Shown: one piece after another, positions 50,667 to 64,000 of the stretch
How positions within the stretch are numbered: position 1 is the stretch's first letter
Layout of the letters: every line of letters begins with the position of its first letter
Source of the DNA: Raillietiella orientalis
Lineage: Eukaryota
NCBI GenBank assembly: GCA_036172245.1
Contig: JAYWIR010000008.1
Location: 2,294,001-2,358,000, forward strand
Direction of reading: 5' to 3'
Length of the DNA stretch: 64,000 nt
Translations under genes and position numbers: made by a program
The notes under the pieces: generated by a model
Told to the model about the DNA's origin: nothing
What the model saw: the letters and a program-made list of their open reading frames with translations, nothing else
The model's database searches: none

Positions 50667-51344
50667 TTTTCTAAGAAGTCATAAATTTTTAAAATAGGAA
50701 ACCCATCATTTTTAGCAGATGTATTTTCCGACAAGTAATTTCTTGGCCAGAAAACATTTGGTAACTCCAATTTATAGTCGAATTATGTGGAGAGCGGAAT
50801 TTCTTGTACGTAATCGTATTAACGGTGTGGTGTGTGGATAAAAATTAAGTTTTTCAGTTTATAACAGTTTACTTTAGCTTTGTAAATAGATGTATGCATT
50901 AATTAATTTTTGCTTAATAAATAGTAAACGATTAATTATCCAGCAAGTTGAATTTTGGGAGCAAAGATAATCAAAAGAACTCTCAAATGTACAATGTTCG
51001 GTGTTTAAGGTAAAAATTTGGAAATTGGCTTTGGTACTTAAATGTTTGTGATCTACAAGAAGATACAGGATATGCAAGTATGATGTGGAAATGAATAATA
51101 GAAGCAAATAAAAGTCTATTTGTGGAAATTTATTTTCTTTCGCAGTGAATCTTTAGCACAGCAGTGAGGTAAGCAGTTTGATTTATTTTGAATCCAGTTG
51201 ACATAGGCAATTTATTTCTATTAAGATTATGCCCCCTAAAACTGAGAAGCATTTTGTGTTAAACTTCAATCTATTAAGCAGTTTTTCAGAGTCTAACTGA
51301 ACAGTCAGCTTATCAGTGTAGGCATAAACTTCGTAGCAATAGAA

Positions 51345-54300
51345 ATGATGCAGTGTAACAGTGAAGAATTTTCAGTTTCAGAATCCAGAGCTCCATCCAG
51401 AATGTTCAAGCAAACATCACAGGTATTATTTGTTGCTATAAAATAGTCCCTAAATCATATAATATTGGAATGCTATCAAATGAGAAATTATACAGTATTA
51501 TGTAATTGGTAAATTATAAGTAATCTTTCTTTTTTTCAAAATTTCTGGATGATGCTTAATTCTCCATAAATTCGTGAACGCGATGGTTTTCATTCCTTTT
51601 TTTCAGAAATTCTGGTTAGTTTTTCATGAAACTGCAATGTTCATGGCAAACTGCATCTTTAAGTGCAGTAGGAATTGTTATTATTTTTGATACTAGAGTT
51701 TTTAGCTTTAGGTGATGAAATTTGGAGTTTGATGTTAATTTGATATACTTAAGGGAAACCAAAATAACTGAGTATGTGTTGAATGTAATTGTCATTAGGT
51801 ATCTTGGGGCTATTTGAAGAACTGTTTGCTTTGCATTTTTGTCATCCTCCCCCCTAATTTGGTTAGTTATTACTGGAATGAGTTCGGTTTTGCAGTGATT
51901 TTTGAATGATCTTTTGATGTTGCTTCAGTTTTAGCATTATTCCACTGTGTATTCTGCAAGGTACTGTAAGTAATACATGGTACTTTCTTGCCTATTAATT
52001 TTTCTATGTAAGTTCTTTAACCTGCCGTTTAGTTCTTTGAGTTCTGAGAATCCATACTGGCTGTTCTTTTCAATCATAGAGAACAGAAATGATTTATTTT
52101 CATGTTGTGATATAATTCAGAAATTAATTATTGAATCTGTAAGTCATTTTCAGATAAATTGTGTACAAAGTCTTGTAATTCTTTGGGACTCCTTCACTTT
52201 ATTTTATAGGTTTTCATGGGACACCAGTCATGTTATGGTCAAGTTTCTTATAAAATGTATTTATATGAGTGAAGCGCATCTGGTCTGCTTGTCTGTGCTT
52301 GTTAAGAAATTATGTTGATAAGGTATTTGTTTCCAGATTTGGTTTGTATTTTTATCAGCACAGTTGCCACCTGGCAGTTTATTGGTATCAATATTTTTGA
52401 GCTTCATTGATTTCATTGTTAAGAATTTGAATGTTTTTATAAATAACTTTATGATTTTAGAATCTGTATTCTGATCAGCTTCAGCATTTTTATTTGAAAT
52501 TTTAATGGTCAACTTCTGCAAATAGATTCTATTACTTGACTACTCTTGATGTACTGCCCACTTTTGTATTTGTTTTTTGCTGTAAGATTTCTTATTTCCT
52601 GATCTTTGGTCAGTTTAGATGTTTGCTCTTAATCTGTTTTCCGTTTGCCTTGCCTTCTTTGGTTGTATTTTTTGTTATTCCCTTTAGAATGGTTTGCTAA
52701 CCTCCCATCTGATATCTACACTTTGGTTTTGTTTTTCGTGTCATTATGTTCAAACTTCATTGCTAAGATTTGTTACCATTAAACCAATCTGTCTATGAAG
52801 TTAACATCATTGTCTTTTCAGCAGTAAAAGAATAGGTAAAATCAATTCATTGTGGGTTAAAAATTATATTCCGAAAATTTTTTTTGTTTTTGTTCTTGCT
52901 TTTGGATTCAAAACATATACAGCAGAATGTTTTCCTATAGTGACACTCTGTATGCATGTTAAGAATTCACTGTAGTGTAGATTGCCTGAAATTACCCAGA
53001 TTTCTTTTCTTGATTTTGTTTTGTTTTTCATTCAGTACTCTGTGACAGTTGCTTCTGCAGATGGATAATGAAGTGACTACCCCCAAAAGATTTGCAATCA
53101 CTTAATAATGTCAGTTCTCACATATCTACTAATTATGTGATTTATTAAATGTTTTAGTAAATGATCAGAAATCATTCTCTGATATATTGAAATATATATA
53201 TTGTCTTGATTTTGATTTGAAGAATGAAAGCTTTGTATCATGCAAAATGAACAATCAAAACAGGAATACTGATCACAAAGAGAAATGGATTTATGATGAA
53301 ATTTTTGTTTCAAAACTTTACTAATACAAGTACCTGATGCTAATATGCCAAGTTATTGTGAGCAAATGAAATACATATTGAGAAGACTCCATCAGGAACA
53401 AATTTCTTACTGATCACAGCATTGCTCATGGCACAAGGAGTGCCCATAGTTTGTGAAAATCTGAAACTTGATGAAATGCTAAATAATTCCATTTACTGCA
53501 TTTTAAATCACAAGCCTAAGAAAAATATATGAAGTGATTTTGGGCAGATTTATTGATTTTCGTATTTTCTGTAAATTCTTGCTTGATATTGAGCAATTGC
53601 CACATAAAAATTGATGCGAAATTTCGAAATGATGAACTAAAGAAACATGCGAATAATCAAGAATAAGGAAGGATAAAGTATTGCTCCATCTTATGTGGCT
53701 TTCAAAGAACTTATGTAAATGGAATGAATTTTGTTCCATTTAATGAAAAGACAATACTCCTTGTTTAGTATTGACATTCAAATGTTCATTTAATGCTTTG
53801 CATAGGTTTTCAATCTACTATCATAAAAATTTGTTACTTGGTTTTTTAACCAGGAATAAATTCTGCACTAACAATGATTTTTGTGGTCAAAAGTTTTAGC
53901 TTTTCCGAAGTTTTATTGCAAATAAATCATTTTATTTATTTAGGATAGACCTATGATGTTAGTACTTGTAATACATTATAATTCTAAACTTTTTGTATTT
54001 TTTAATTTCCTTACCAAATCGCATCACTGTGCTTGCTCAGTGCCTTCTACAAGTATTGAAATGTGAAATGAATTTCACTTAGGATGCCATTTGTGTCCTG
54101 TGCTATGTATGATTGTACTTTTCTTTAAATTTAGCACCACTTTACCTCTGTGTTAAAGATTTAATGAATTCATCATCTTCATTCTTCCATAAAGTATTTA
54201 TCAGATCCTCTAAAAATATCACACTGCTATGTCTTTTTTTTTTTTTTTTCTGATTTCTTGTAGATGTTTTTGTTTTCGCTTTGGATTTAGCTGTAGCTTA

Positions 54301-55154
54301 ATCCCCTGACCTCGCACGTACTGCACGTGTTTTTTTAGTTAAAAGAGCTCCATTTCTAATATGTATTGATCCTAAATGCTTGAAGTAGAATATTGTTTTT
54401 GTGAGCAGTTTGTATGCAGTCAGTGGACATGAATTGTTTGGGATGTCTTTTATAGCTCTTTGTGTTTCAGATGTACCAGTCACTTCTTGATAGATGGACA
54501 CCTCATACCTTCTTAAGGTGGCTTTTTACAGTTATCTTAGTACTTGTATTTATGACACGTATTTTTATCAAAAAGGTAGTTCATTTTAACTGGAGTTGTG
54601 ATTTCCTAACATAATTTCCAGGGTTGGTACATAATTACATATGGTTTAGGAATTTATCATTTGAATCTTCTGTTGGCGTTCCTGTCCCCCAAAATTGATC
54701 CTGCCTTAGCAGATTATGAAGGTAACAATTTGATGTTACTCTGAAAGTTGGAAGTAAATATGCTCAGACCAGATTTTAGTTCTATCTTTTCAGAGGATGG
54801 TTTAGAACTGCCAACTCAATCTAATGAGGAATTTCGACCGTTCATTCGCCGATTACCGGAGTTCAAGTTTTGGTATTCAGTGACAAAAGCAACCATTATT
54901 GCTTTTATTTGTACGTTTTTTGAATTTTTGAATGTTCCAGCCTTTTGGCCTATTCTTTTGGTATACTTCATTGTACTGTTTTGCATCACAATGAAAAGAC
55001 AAATTAAGGTATGGTGTTTGTGTTTTCTGTTGAGTTTGAAACTGATGGTTTTCTAATTCAGCATATGATCAGATACAGGTATATACCCTTTACTCATGGA
55101 AAGCCCAAATATCAAACGAAGGAAGGTACTTCAAAACTGTTGAACTCGAAGTAG
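51345..55154 (+). CDS. RER1: Protein RER1 (Golgi-to-ER retrieval receptor), 196 aa; join(51345..51422,54471..54575,54622..54721,54794..55008,55062..55154)
   Basis: [95 protein letters not shown] introns are phase-consistent. Exon 1 is inferred from phase and sequence plausibility. Confidence 0.95.
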
Positions 55155-56219
55155 TTTAGTTAAATACACAGAAAAGAAATCAAAGGCATGTGTAATTTGC
55201 TGCATGGTATATTCTGAGAAGAAATCCAATGCACTGTAATATATAAAAAAAAAAAGGATGTTTTTTATATATTAATCTTTAGGAGGCAACAAAATCAATG
55301 CATAAGTTGATTTATTTGATGTGCAATTGCCTGTGCATGATTTCTGGAAAAAAAAAAAAGAAAGAAAGAAAAAGTATTAAACATGAAGAATTCGAAGATT
55401 AACGCTCATCCCTTTCTGTTATTTTAAGATGCCCAGTTGATTGAAATGTGCAGCGTGCAAAGTTCCTTGAGAAATCCAAGGGTTGTTAAGCCTGCACGCC
55501 TTTTAATCACCCGGGTTTCTTTCTCTTCGCAGTCGCCTTGGCACACTATTATTTTGCCAGCACTCTGTTAACGACGGTTAACCCTTCATTTTCACGCAAC
55601 GGTTGAGTGCATCCGATAGATTGCTGTAATGCAAAGTTGCTGTTGCCGTTTTGCGCTTTTGCCAATGTGCCTTCGCCCACTTCTCTGTTTTCATGCGGTC
55701 GTAATGCTTCACTTATGCCTTGAAAAACAGCTATGAATCTCAACTTCGAGTTTTACTTGAAAGTCAGCCAATACTCGGTGGGGGGGGGAGGGGGTAATGT
55801 TGATTGTATTTGAATTTATTTGTGTTTGTGTTTATTTTTTATTTTATTTTTTTTCGTATTTAATCGTTTCCCTTCTATTTATCACAGTTTTGGACAGTTC
55901 ACTTGTCGAAAATCCTGAAGACGTAATTTGAACGTGCATATCAAGTTTACGTATGTCACGAGAACCACTCAGAATCCTATTTAATGTTTTTACCCCTTTC
56001 CGTATGGAAGATTGAACACAAGCTTTCGAGAACTCCAAAATAACTTTGATTCAGCATAAAGTTGGATTTGAAGAACCCACAGAATACGCAATAAACCTTG
56101 TTTAAAGCAAATTAATAAATGAAGTTTGAATCAGATTTTTTTTTTTCCTCTTCTTTTTTTCACCTGGTACCCTTTTTTTTTTTTTTGTTTTCCCCTTGGA
56201 GTCTGTGTGTTTATTTTAG

Positions 56220-57600
56220 ATGCATCGGTTTCCGTCACGTTGGGAACGGTCACCGTTCTCCCACAATCAGCTCGGAACTCGTGTAGCGGCCGAACTCTTC
56301 CCGGGGGCACCTGAGTGAGCTGTTGCACGTGAGGATGAGTGAGACGGTCCCCACTCAACCTCACCACGTGTGAACGTGAGAGGACTTTTCACGCCGCGCG
56401 CGCGGATCGTCTCGGAGCAGGCTCGAGTTTGGTACACGGCGGGAGGTTGGGAGTTTGTACGGAGCGCTTCGGAACCGTCCGGTGCACCTCGCTCGGATCG
56501 CTGACGCCGCGGGCGTGCCGGAAGACGCGTGCGGTGGGGGCCGCCGCCGAGCTGGGGTCTGCCGGCAAGTCGGCACCCGGCCGTCGTCGGAAGCGATTTC
56601 GGAGTCCGAGGTCAGGTGACCCAAAATCGAAGACGAGCCTTTGTGTGGAAGCCGCCCGAGTCCCCACGCCTGCATCCCTGCAGTTGCGTGGACGCCCCTC
56701 CACGTGCTCTCTTTTCGCGCGGGTGGGGGGAGGGGAAGCTCATCTGCGCCCTGATTCTGCGGACGTGGGCCTGGAATCAGTCAGCTGGTTCGTGGCGAGC
56801 CGCTCCTCGAGCAGTCACGGGGAGGCGGGGAATTTGCGTTCGCTGAAGAGACGCACACGACTGCCGCGCGAGCAGATGAGGTATGGTGTGCACTCGTGCT
56901 CGCGGAGCTGCAAAAGGTTGCTGAGTAGATGCTGCTGGCATCATGCCTCGCTCGTGTGCTGGATTAGTGCTCGGTTCAAGTGGCTAGGAGGCCTTCATCT
57001 ACCCGTCAACTTGAGGATAGGTGCGATGCTATGAGGCAGCGAATTCCTGCATGACCGTTCGAGGATCGCGGAGGATTCTGTTCTGTATCGGGGATCCCGA
57101 CGTTTCAGAATAAGAAACTCCGAGCGAGGTTTCCGAAGCTGGCCATTTCGTGGCTAGAACCTTCGGTCGGTGCCCTGCGTCCACACAAGACATACGAAAC
57201 CTCTCAACGGCATGGGACTCGGCGGCCTACAGGAAGATCCGCGGGCAGGGAGGGACCGCGGCACGCTGCAGCCTGCTGCAGTGCTGCTGGTGAGTGTGCG
57301 AAGGAGATGAAAACCCGATGCCGAAGAAAGGATGGTGCCGTTCTTGGAGGCCAGGTGGACGAGCAGCGAGGAGCCAGAGGGGGGAGGGGAGAGGAGCGCA
57401 TTTCTTCCGTCTCCAATTTTTGCGGTTTCCAGGGAAACTTCCTTCTCGACCCTTTTCTGGAAACAGTCAGTGAATAGGTGAAGCACGGAAAACAAGGGAG
57501 TGAATGAGTGGTTGCCACCGCCAGGGCTCTTGAGCCACCCCATTACGACTGTGGAACGATCGGTCGCTGCGCGCAGTCTCCGAAGAGGGCCTTTCGGAGC
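56220..57600 (+). mobile_element. Decayed Tx1-like RT remnant
   Basis: GTVTVLPQ..., later CW..KWLGGLHLP (GGLGLP-like). Confidence 0.35.
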
Positions 57601-57699
57601 GCGGTTGCCGGAAAACGGGGGGGGGGGGACCTTCCAGGAGGCGACCGCATCCTCCTTGCTCGCCACGAGACGAGCGCTCGGATCAGGAGACGTCGGGTG

Positions 57700-60600
57700 G
57701 AATGAATCTTCTGGCGCCTTCCCCGGGGGGGGGCTCAGCTCTTCTGCATGCGTGTTGGTGGGTCCCCCGGCGCTTCCGGTTCTCACTGCCCTCCTTTTGG
57801 GCTCCTCCCGCCTTCACTGCTCCCGAGGGCGGTGTGACGGCGGGCTTCCCGTTTGAAGGGCTGGTCCGAAGCCGGTCTCCCCCATCGCGCGGAGGCTGCG
57901 CGTCTCGCCACCAAGACGACCCCCGGGCGAGACGCGCGCCGGAAGGGGGGGAGGGAGGGTATCCGTCCCGCGCAAGCGCTCGCCTTCCTCCTTCCCGTCA
58001 CTCACCTCGGCTCGCTGTCGCGGGGCGGCCTCCGGCGCCGGCGCGCACACTCGCAGACTTCCGACTCCCCGATGGAACCGCAGAGGGACCTGCGGGCACC
58101 CTCACCTTCCCCAGCCGGTGACCCTGAAGGTGCGGACGCCTCCCTAGGGCGCGCGGGACGCGCCTGGGAGGTTGCACGTGCGTGGAGGGAGCCACGCGGC
58201 GAAGGAGCGGGACGGGGCGGGGTCACCGACAGGGACACCACTTGGCTCACCGCGCCGATCACCTCGCGTGCCTCCGCGGGTCGCCGTTCGCCCGTGCCTT
58301 TCTCACATCCCCACCCTTCCACCCCCGTTTTTTTTTCTTTTTTTGAGGAAGGGGGATGGGAGAGCAGGAGGGTCGGAACCCTCTCATCTTTTTGGCACCC
58401 CTTCCCACGCCTTCTTTCCTTTTTTCGGCGTGTTGCCCCGGGGGCACAGAGAGGAGGACCCTCGAGGCTGCCTGCGACTCGAAGTTCCGGATCCGCGCGA
58501 CTTGCAGGCAGCCGCCGGACGGGAGAGGAGGTCGGAGCCCCCCGGTCTCTCCGGTCTCCTCTTCCTCTCCCTCCGACCGTCTCTTCCCGGAGCCGGCGCC
58601 GGGGACCGGCACTCAGGGCGCGCTGCTTAGGAGAAGAAGGAGGGTGGGAGGACGTTCCTCGTCACTGCCCCCCACCCTTTTCGGCTCCTTCTCCAGACGC
58701 CGTCTTTCCTCATCCTCGCCCCCTGAGGGCGATTCGTAGGGGAGCGGAGCCACGGCAGGAAGACTCCCCTGCCTCCTGCCGCCGCCGCCATCGCCCCTGG
58801 AAGCTCCGGACCCCCACACGTTCCTCCAACCGAGCGAAGGGACTCCCGTAGCCTCCTTCCAGGGCTCGTCGTCGGCGCTCTCTTTCCTTCCCCCCAGTCT
58901 CCCCCTCTCTCGAGGAACACCCTCGGTGCCGCCTCCGAAGAGGATGAAACGCCGCCGACCCCTCCTGGGGGACCGGTTCGCCGCTGCCCCCGCTGTGGGG
59001 TGCGGCAGCGCCCTGTCTAGGGTGGAAGGAGGGAAGAGGACAGACCTCTTCCCTCCTGGACAGACCTTGCTCGGCACGATCCTTCAGATGACTCACCAAG
59101 CTCCAGGGAGGGGCCGAGGAGAGGAAGGCGCCCTCGTTCCGTTCCACTGTTCCTTGAGCAACGAATGTCCACACGTGGCAGCTTCCGGCGGGACTTGCGC
59201 GCTCGATGGCCACAGAAGGGGCAGGGCGGGACGGAGAGAAAGCCCACATGCCTCCCCCTCTCCCCCTGGGCTCGCTTGCGTCGCGGACGGACCGCCGGGG
59301 GCGGCGTCCAGCGTGCCGACGGGGACGGTGCGAAGGGTCCATCCCCAATCCCTTGGCCGCAGCGCCCGCGTGCCGGGCAAAGCCATAGAGACGGACGGAA
59401 AGGGAAGGGAGATGGCCCGCGAGCCGCTCGCTCGCCGGCGAGCGCGAGGAAAGGCCGCGCGCGGGTCGGGTCACGTCAACGGAAAGGGCAGAGAGACAGG
59501 AAACGACCCAGGCGCCCCCTGGAAATCGTGGAGGTAATGGAGGGAGCTCTGGCGCCATCACCCCTCAGTGCGCCCCCTTTGGTCCTTAAGTATCCCCTCC
59601 CGCTGACCTGCCCGGGGAGAGGGGCGCCTGCGCCACATCGGGTGATCCAGGAGCCGGGAGGGGAGGAAAGGCAGGGCGAACCGAGCGGAGGAAACGTCCC
59701 GCTCGAGGGAGCGTCGGCATCTTCCTCCCCCTCCCCTTTCCCTCCCCTCGAATCCCCCGGATCGTCGCCGTCGCCGCTTCTCCGTTCCGGCGCCCTTGGC
59801 AACGAGCGTGCTGGGAAAAGGGAGGGAGGGAGAGACTTCCGCAGGGCGCCGCTCTCCGTCTCCTACCAGGGGAAGGACGCGTACGTCCTACCGGAGGGGG
59901 AGGGGGGAGGGTCCTCAGGGCGCCGAATCTCCCCACCTCTCTCTTTCTCGCCGGGGAGCGCTCGCGGGACCGATCACCCCCGACCCTTCTTCGCCCAGCT
60001 CCCCTCTTCAGCCAGTTTCCAAGGGCCGCGCCGGGGAAACGCTACCGCTTTCGTCCGGGCGTGCGTGCGCGCCCTCCCTCGCAGGAGGAAGGTGCGCGCC
60101 CGAACGCGGGTGGGCTCTCCAGGCGGCGGCGGCGGCGGAGCGGCAGCCGTGTGCGTGTTTGCGTGCGTGCGTGCGGCGGCGCTCCGTGGCGCCGTCGTCG
60201 TCGTCGTCGTCCCCTCCGCCGCCTCGCACGCGCGCGTGCCAGGCGGCGGCGGCGGTAGCGTCTCTCTCTTCCTCGATCGCACCTTCCGAGGCGGCGCTCC
60301 CCTCTCGAGGAGAGGGGGAGAGGGGGAGTAGGGGAGGCTTGTTCGCTGTTATGTTGGCTCTCGCGCGATGCGTGGGGTAGGTGGGGGTATAGAGAGAGGC
60401 GGGCGTGGAGCCGACCCGGGCGTGTCTCTTCTGGAGCGCGGCGGCGGCGGAAAGGGGGGCGAGCGGGGAGGTGGAGGAGAACGCGGCGCGCACACGGAGT
60501 GCCCCGTGCGTTCCCGACGGGGCTCAACGCAAGAAGCAAACGAGATGAGCCAAGGCAGGGGCGGTGCGCGCGCGCGCGCTCTGGCGTACGCGCGCTGCGA

Positions 60601-60720
60601 TGCCCTCGGGTCTGGTTTTAACCCGGAGGAGGCCGAAGGCACCCGCAGAAGCCGGGCGACCGCATCGAGTCGTTCGCCGGGGTTCCTCACGGTGAGGCGT
60701 CGCTCGCAGGAACGTCCGTC
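57700..60720. promoter_or_regulatory. Very GC/CpG-rich region upstream of the zinc-finger gene (probable promoter/5'UTR)
   Basis: Dense CpG with GGC/GTC repeats at 60120-60255 and G-runs. Confidence 0.35.
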
Positions 60721-60722
60721 GC

Positions 60723-62224
60723 ATGGACACTGCCGTTGCCTTGGACGCCGTCGTCTCAACCAAGCTGAAGGTAGGTGCAGCCTCTTCCCCTCTGCCCCAT
60801 CTCGCGCCGCGGCCCTCTGTCCCCTCCCCTCGAAAACAGGTCCAGGACCGAGATGGGTAGGTGGGTGGTCCAGGAGCTGCGCGGCACTCTCTCCCGTCCC
60901 TCCTCCTTCCCGCCGCCGCCCCAGCCCCCTTTGGCGCGGGGACGCGCGCACAGCTTCCCTGCCCGGTCGCTGCTCCTCCCCGCTCCCAGAGGCGGCGACC
61001 GCCCGGCACCTCCAGGAGCTCCTGGTGTGGGACGAGGTGTGGAAACGGCCGTCTGTCTTCTACTCCTAACCCCCCTCGTGGGCTGCCGGGCCCTCGCTTC
61101 CCCCTGTCCGGATCGAAGACCAGCACCGGCCGCGGGAAGCTCCACAGCTCTTCCAGTCGGCGCGGACCGCCAGGAGCGCGTGCAGCCGGAGGGACCTTTC
61201 AAACCGGAAAAAAGGAGAAAAGAGGGGGAGTGCGCGCACGTGTGGGCGAGGTGGGTGCACCCGTCCACACCTCTTCCCGCTGCGAAGACGGCGGTCCTCC
61301 TGCGGCGGCGGCGGCAGGGTTGCCACCGACGAATTCCCTTTTCCACCCCCCACTCCCTTCCCTTCCCTCCCCCCGCGCAGATTTCCGACCCACTCCTCTC
61401 CGAAGCAGCTTCCCCGTCACCACCGCTCTCTCTCTCTCTCTCGCATCCAGCTGGTGAAAAACGAGGACAACTCGTATCAGTGCGAAAGATGCTCCTACGC
61501 GTCCACCAGGAAGAGCAACCTGCTGCGCCACTTCGCCTCGATGCATACGCAGTTCCTGGACAAGATGGAGTGCTGCGGGGTCCACCACGCGGACAAATCC
61601 TCCTACCGGCTGCACGTGAAGACGCACCACAAGAACGGCTACAGCTGCGCGTACTGCCACAAGAACTTCATCCGCAGATCCATGCTCAAGAGGCATTACA
61701 ACGTGCACATGGGCTTCAAGGACTACCAGTGCAACCTGTGCTCCTACGCCACCAACCACAAGAGCAACCTGGAGAGGCACATGGAGACGCAGCACTTCGT
61801 GGAGGGAGGCGGCGCCGCCGCAGCCGCAGCCGCGAAAGAGCGCGCCGCCGACCCGAAGCTGCGCGCCTTCGTGTCACTCCCCGCGTTCGGCTTCGTGCCG
61901 GCCGCTGTCTTGGACTACTCGCTGCCGCCGTACCCGCCGCTGTCCATCTCGCCGGCGACGACCCAGGTGCTCGACGCGGCCGATTCCATGTCCAGCACCT
62001 CGGACTATTCGGAGCACTCGCTGTCTGACGCGTCTTTGCCCTACGGCGGCAGGTGCTTGGACAAGCGCCGCCGCGAGAGGGCGGATCTAGACAGGGTCTG
62101 CCTGTCCGAGGGCTCGCGGGACAAGCTCGGCCTGCTGTCCGCGGACGTCTTCTTGAAGAGCTACATGCACAAGAAGTTCAGGAGAGCCGTAAGGAACCTG
62201 GTCAAACAGGAGATGACTGCGTGA
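60723..62224 (+). CDS. C2H2 zinc-finger protein, ~273 aa; join(60723..60770,61451..62224)
   Basis: Fingers YQCERCSY..LLRHFASMH, MECCG..LHVKTHH, YSCAYCHK..LKRHYNVH and YQCNLCSY..LERHMETQH, with G/C-ending codons. CAG acceptor at 61448-61450. Exon 1 MDTAVALDAVVSTKLK with an AG|GTAGGT donor is inferred. Confidence 0.88.
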
Positions 62225-64000
62225 GAGGGACCCGCGTTCCGAAACGCCACGAGCCACACATCCAGCCCTCTACCCCTATCCCCGAAAAAGAGTCGCCCAC
62301 GAATCGGGTGGAAGGCGGTTCCAGCTCGGGTGCTGTTGTCCAGTCGGCTCGCTCGGAGTCGAAGCTCCACTTCCACAGCTCTGGAGGGGGAGGGGAAAGA
62401 GAGGGAGCGGGAACATTCCCGGTATTGCTGTTCCCCCCTCCCCCCCACCCGAGGCCACCAGTTTTCCGTTGAAGAAGAAAAAAAAAAAAAAAAAAAAAAA
62501 GGAACGCCGACTCGAAGAGGGGGAATGCCCGGCGGTGGAGCACTCGGATCCCCAAAAGACCGGCGAGTGTCGGGTCCACTCCGGGCTACGAGACTTTTGG
62601 AAGGAACCGGAAGAGGAAGGAAAGGGGCATGCGGCAGCACACGGCGTCGCCGGTCTGAGATGCCAAGGACTGTTTTTGTGTGTGTTTGCCGCTGCCGCTT
62701 CTGCTCGCCGGCTGTGGTATCGAATTTCGGCGTTTTTATTATTGAAAGAAAGCGATTCTTCAGCAAGTGTTCCGTTCCTTTGCGCGCGCACGCATCCCTG
62801 CGTCCAAAGACCGGGGAACGCGAAGCGGCGGCGCGGATCCGCAGGCACTTCCGCCGCCGCCTAGGAATCCAAGCCGACGTCGCCCGCCGCTCGGTTGCCC
62901 GTGGTGAGCGCCGTCCGAGTGTCCCCGCCCCCTTCCCTCCCCTCCCCCCTCCCTCGTGCGGTACGCAGCCATCCACTCGTAGACGCACGGCGACGACAGA
63001 CCCCTAGCAACGAGGGATCCCGCACGGCCGTCGCCGAAGAAGGGAGGCACCGACGGGTGCAGCAGCGACCGGAGCCGGTCCAGAGACGCGACGAGACGAC
63101 GCGGGCCCGTCCTTTCAGCTCCGCCTGGAATGTTCTTCCGAGAACGCGTCCCAGGGTGGCCTCAAACCGCCACAGGAAGGGAAGAGAGAGAGAGACCTCT
63201 GCAACTTACGATCCCGAAGCTTTTCTTTGGGCATCTGCTGGCCGGAAGAGAGCTGGGCAAGACGGAAAGGATAGGGGGGAGGGGGAGAGAGGAAAACAGC
63301 CTGATTTTCCGTTCTGCCTGAGACGCCTTCCGATTGGTTCCTCTAGGACGAGACGGACGTTAGCGGCGTGCGATCCCCTGAGATGGGCACATCCCGGAAC
63401 GACCCACCTTTTCCCACTCTTGCAGCCGCAAGCATCCTCTCTCTCTCTCAGACCGCCAGCGTCTCTCTCGCTCCGTCGCCAGCACGCACCCGCAAGAAGA
63501 ACCTGCTAGTGCTTCTGGAAGCAGCGGAAACTTCCTTCCCGAAAGGCTTTCTTCGCCTTGCACGCTCGCACCCTCACGAAAGCGGCGCGCGCGCCCCTCC
63601 GGCTCATCGCTCGGGTTCGATGGTTCCTGGTTTCTCGCGCGCGTCCTCTGGAGTGAAGGGGATCGGAAAGGACGGCGACGCCGATGGGAGAGGCAGGGGG
63701 CGACGACGGGGACCCCACGATCCCAGGGAAAAGTCTCGAGAAGATTCCCTCCCCTCCTCCTCCATCCCCGCTTCCGGCAGTGGCGAAACGGGCACGGCGC
63801 TCTCGCCAACAGGGAGTCTGCGCCGTTCGTTCACGTGCAATCGCTTCCGGTGAGGAAACACGTGGAGTTTCTTGCAAGCGCGTCCCCGACCGCAACACGC
63901 CAGATCCCTTGAAACGACAGGTGGAGCAGCCATCGCCTGTTAGCTTTCCCTAGGCTTCCAGCGCGTAGGAGCACCGCCATCAAAAGGACCGGGAACGACG

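Noticed and set aside
51712..51771. Box C/D-like motifs in RER1 intron 1 (also 53293-53337)
   Set aside because: No terminal stem, too short, and no recognisable guide sequence.
52200..53760. Cys/His-containing minus-strand pieces in RER1 intron 1 (possible nested RING gene)
   Set aside because: Full of stops with no splice structure. More likely another eroded retroelement, but too weak to call.
1..64000. CRISPR arrays, tRNA/rRNA genes, prokaryotic operons
   Set aside because: None seen. Spliceosomal introns and gene content show the DNA is eukaryotic, and there are no regularly spaced repeats.

Overview
Eukaryotic genomic DNA, probably arthropod. It holds four intron-containing + strand host genes: cytochrome c (7722-8497), a spaetzle-3-like cystine-knot ligand (exons 34883-47287, candidate first exon 24218-24247), RER1 (51345-55154, with a decayed partial duplicate just upstream) and a 4-finger C2H2 protein (60723-62224). 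Most of the remainder is decayed L1/Tx1-type non-LTR retrotransposon remnants, mostly on the - strand, plus an AT-rich foldback-like element. The main result is in the first 6.6 kb. Manual - strand translation across stops and frameshifts gives two abutting, co-oriented endogenous viral elements (EVEs). One is the C-terminal half of a Mononegavirales/Jingchuvirales-type L protein (capping and methyltransferase motifs). The other is a nairovirus-like nucleoprotein that appears to carry an arenavirus-NP-like exonuclease extension, split by a retroelement insertion. The viral and retroelement calls rest on by-eye motif comparison from memory, not database searches, and remnant boundaries are approximate. 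Most ORFs in the supplied track are spurious high-GC ORFs.
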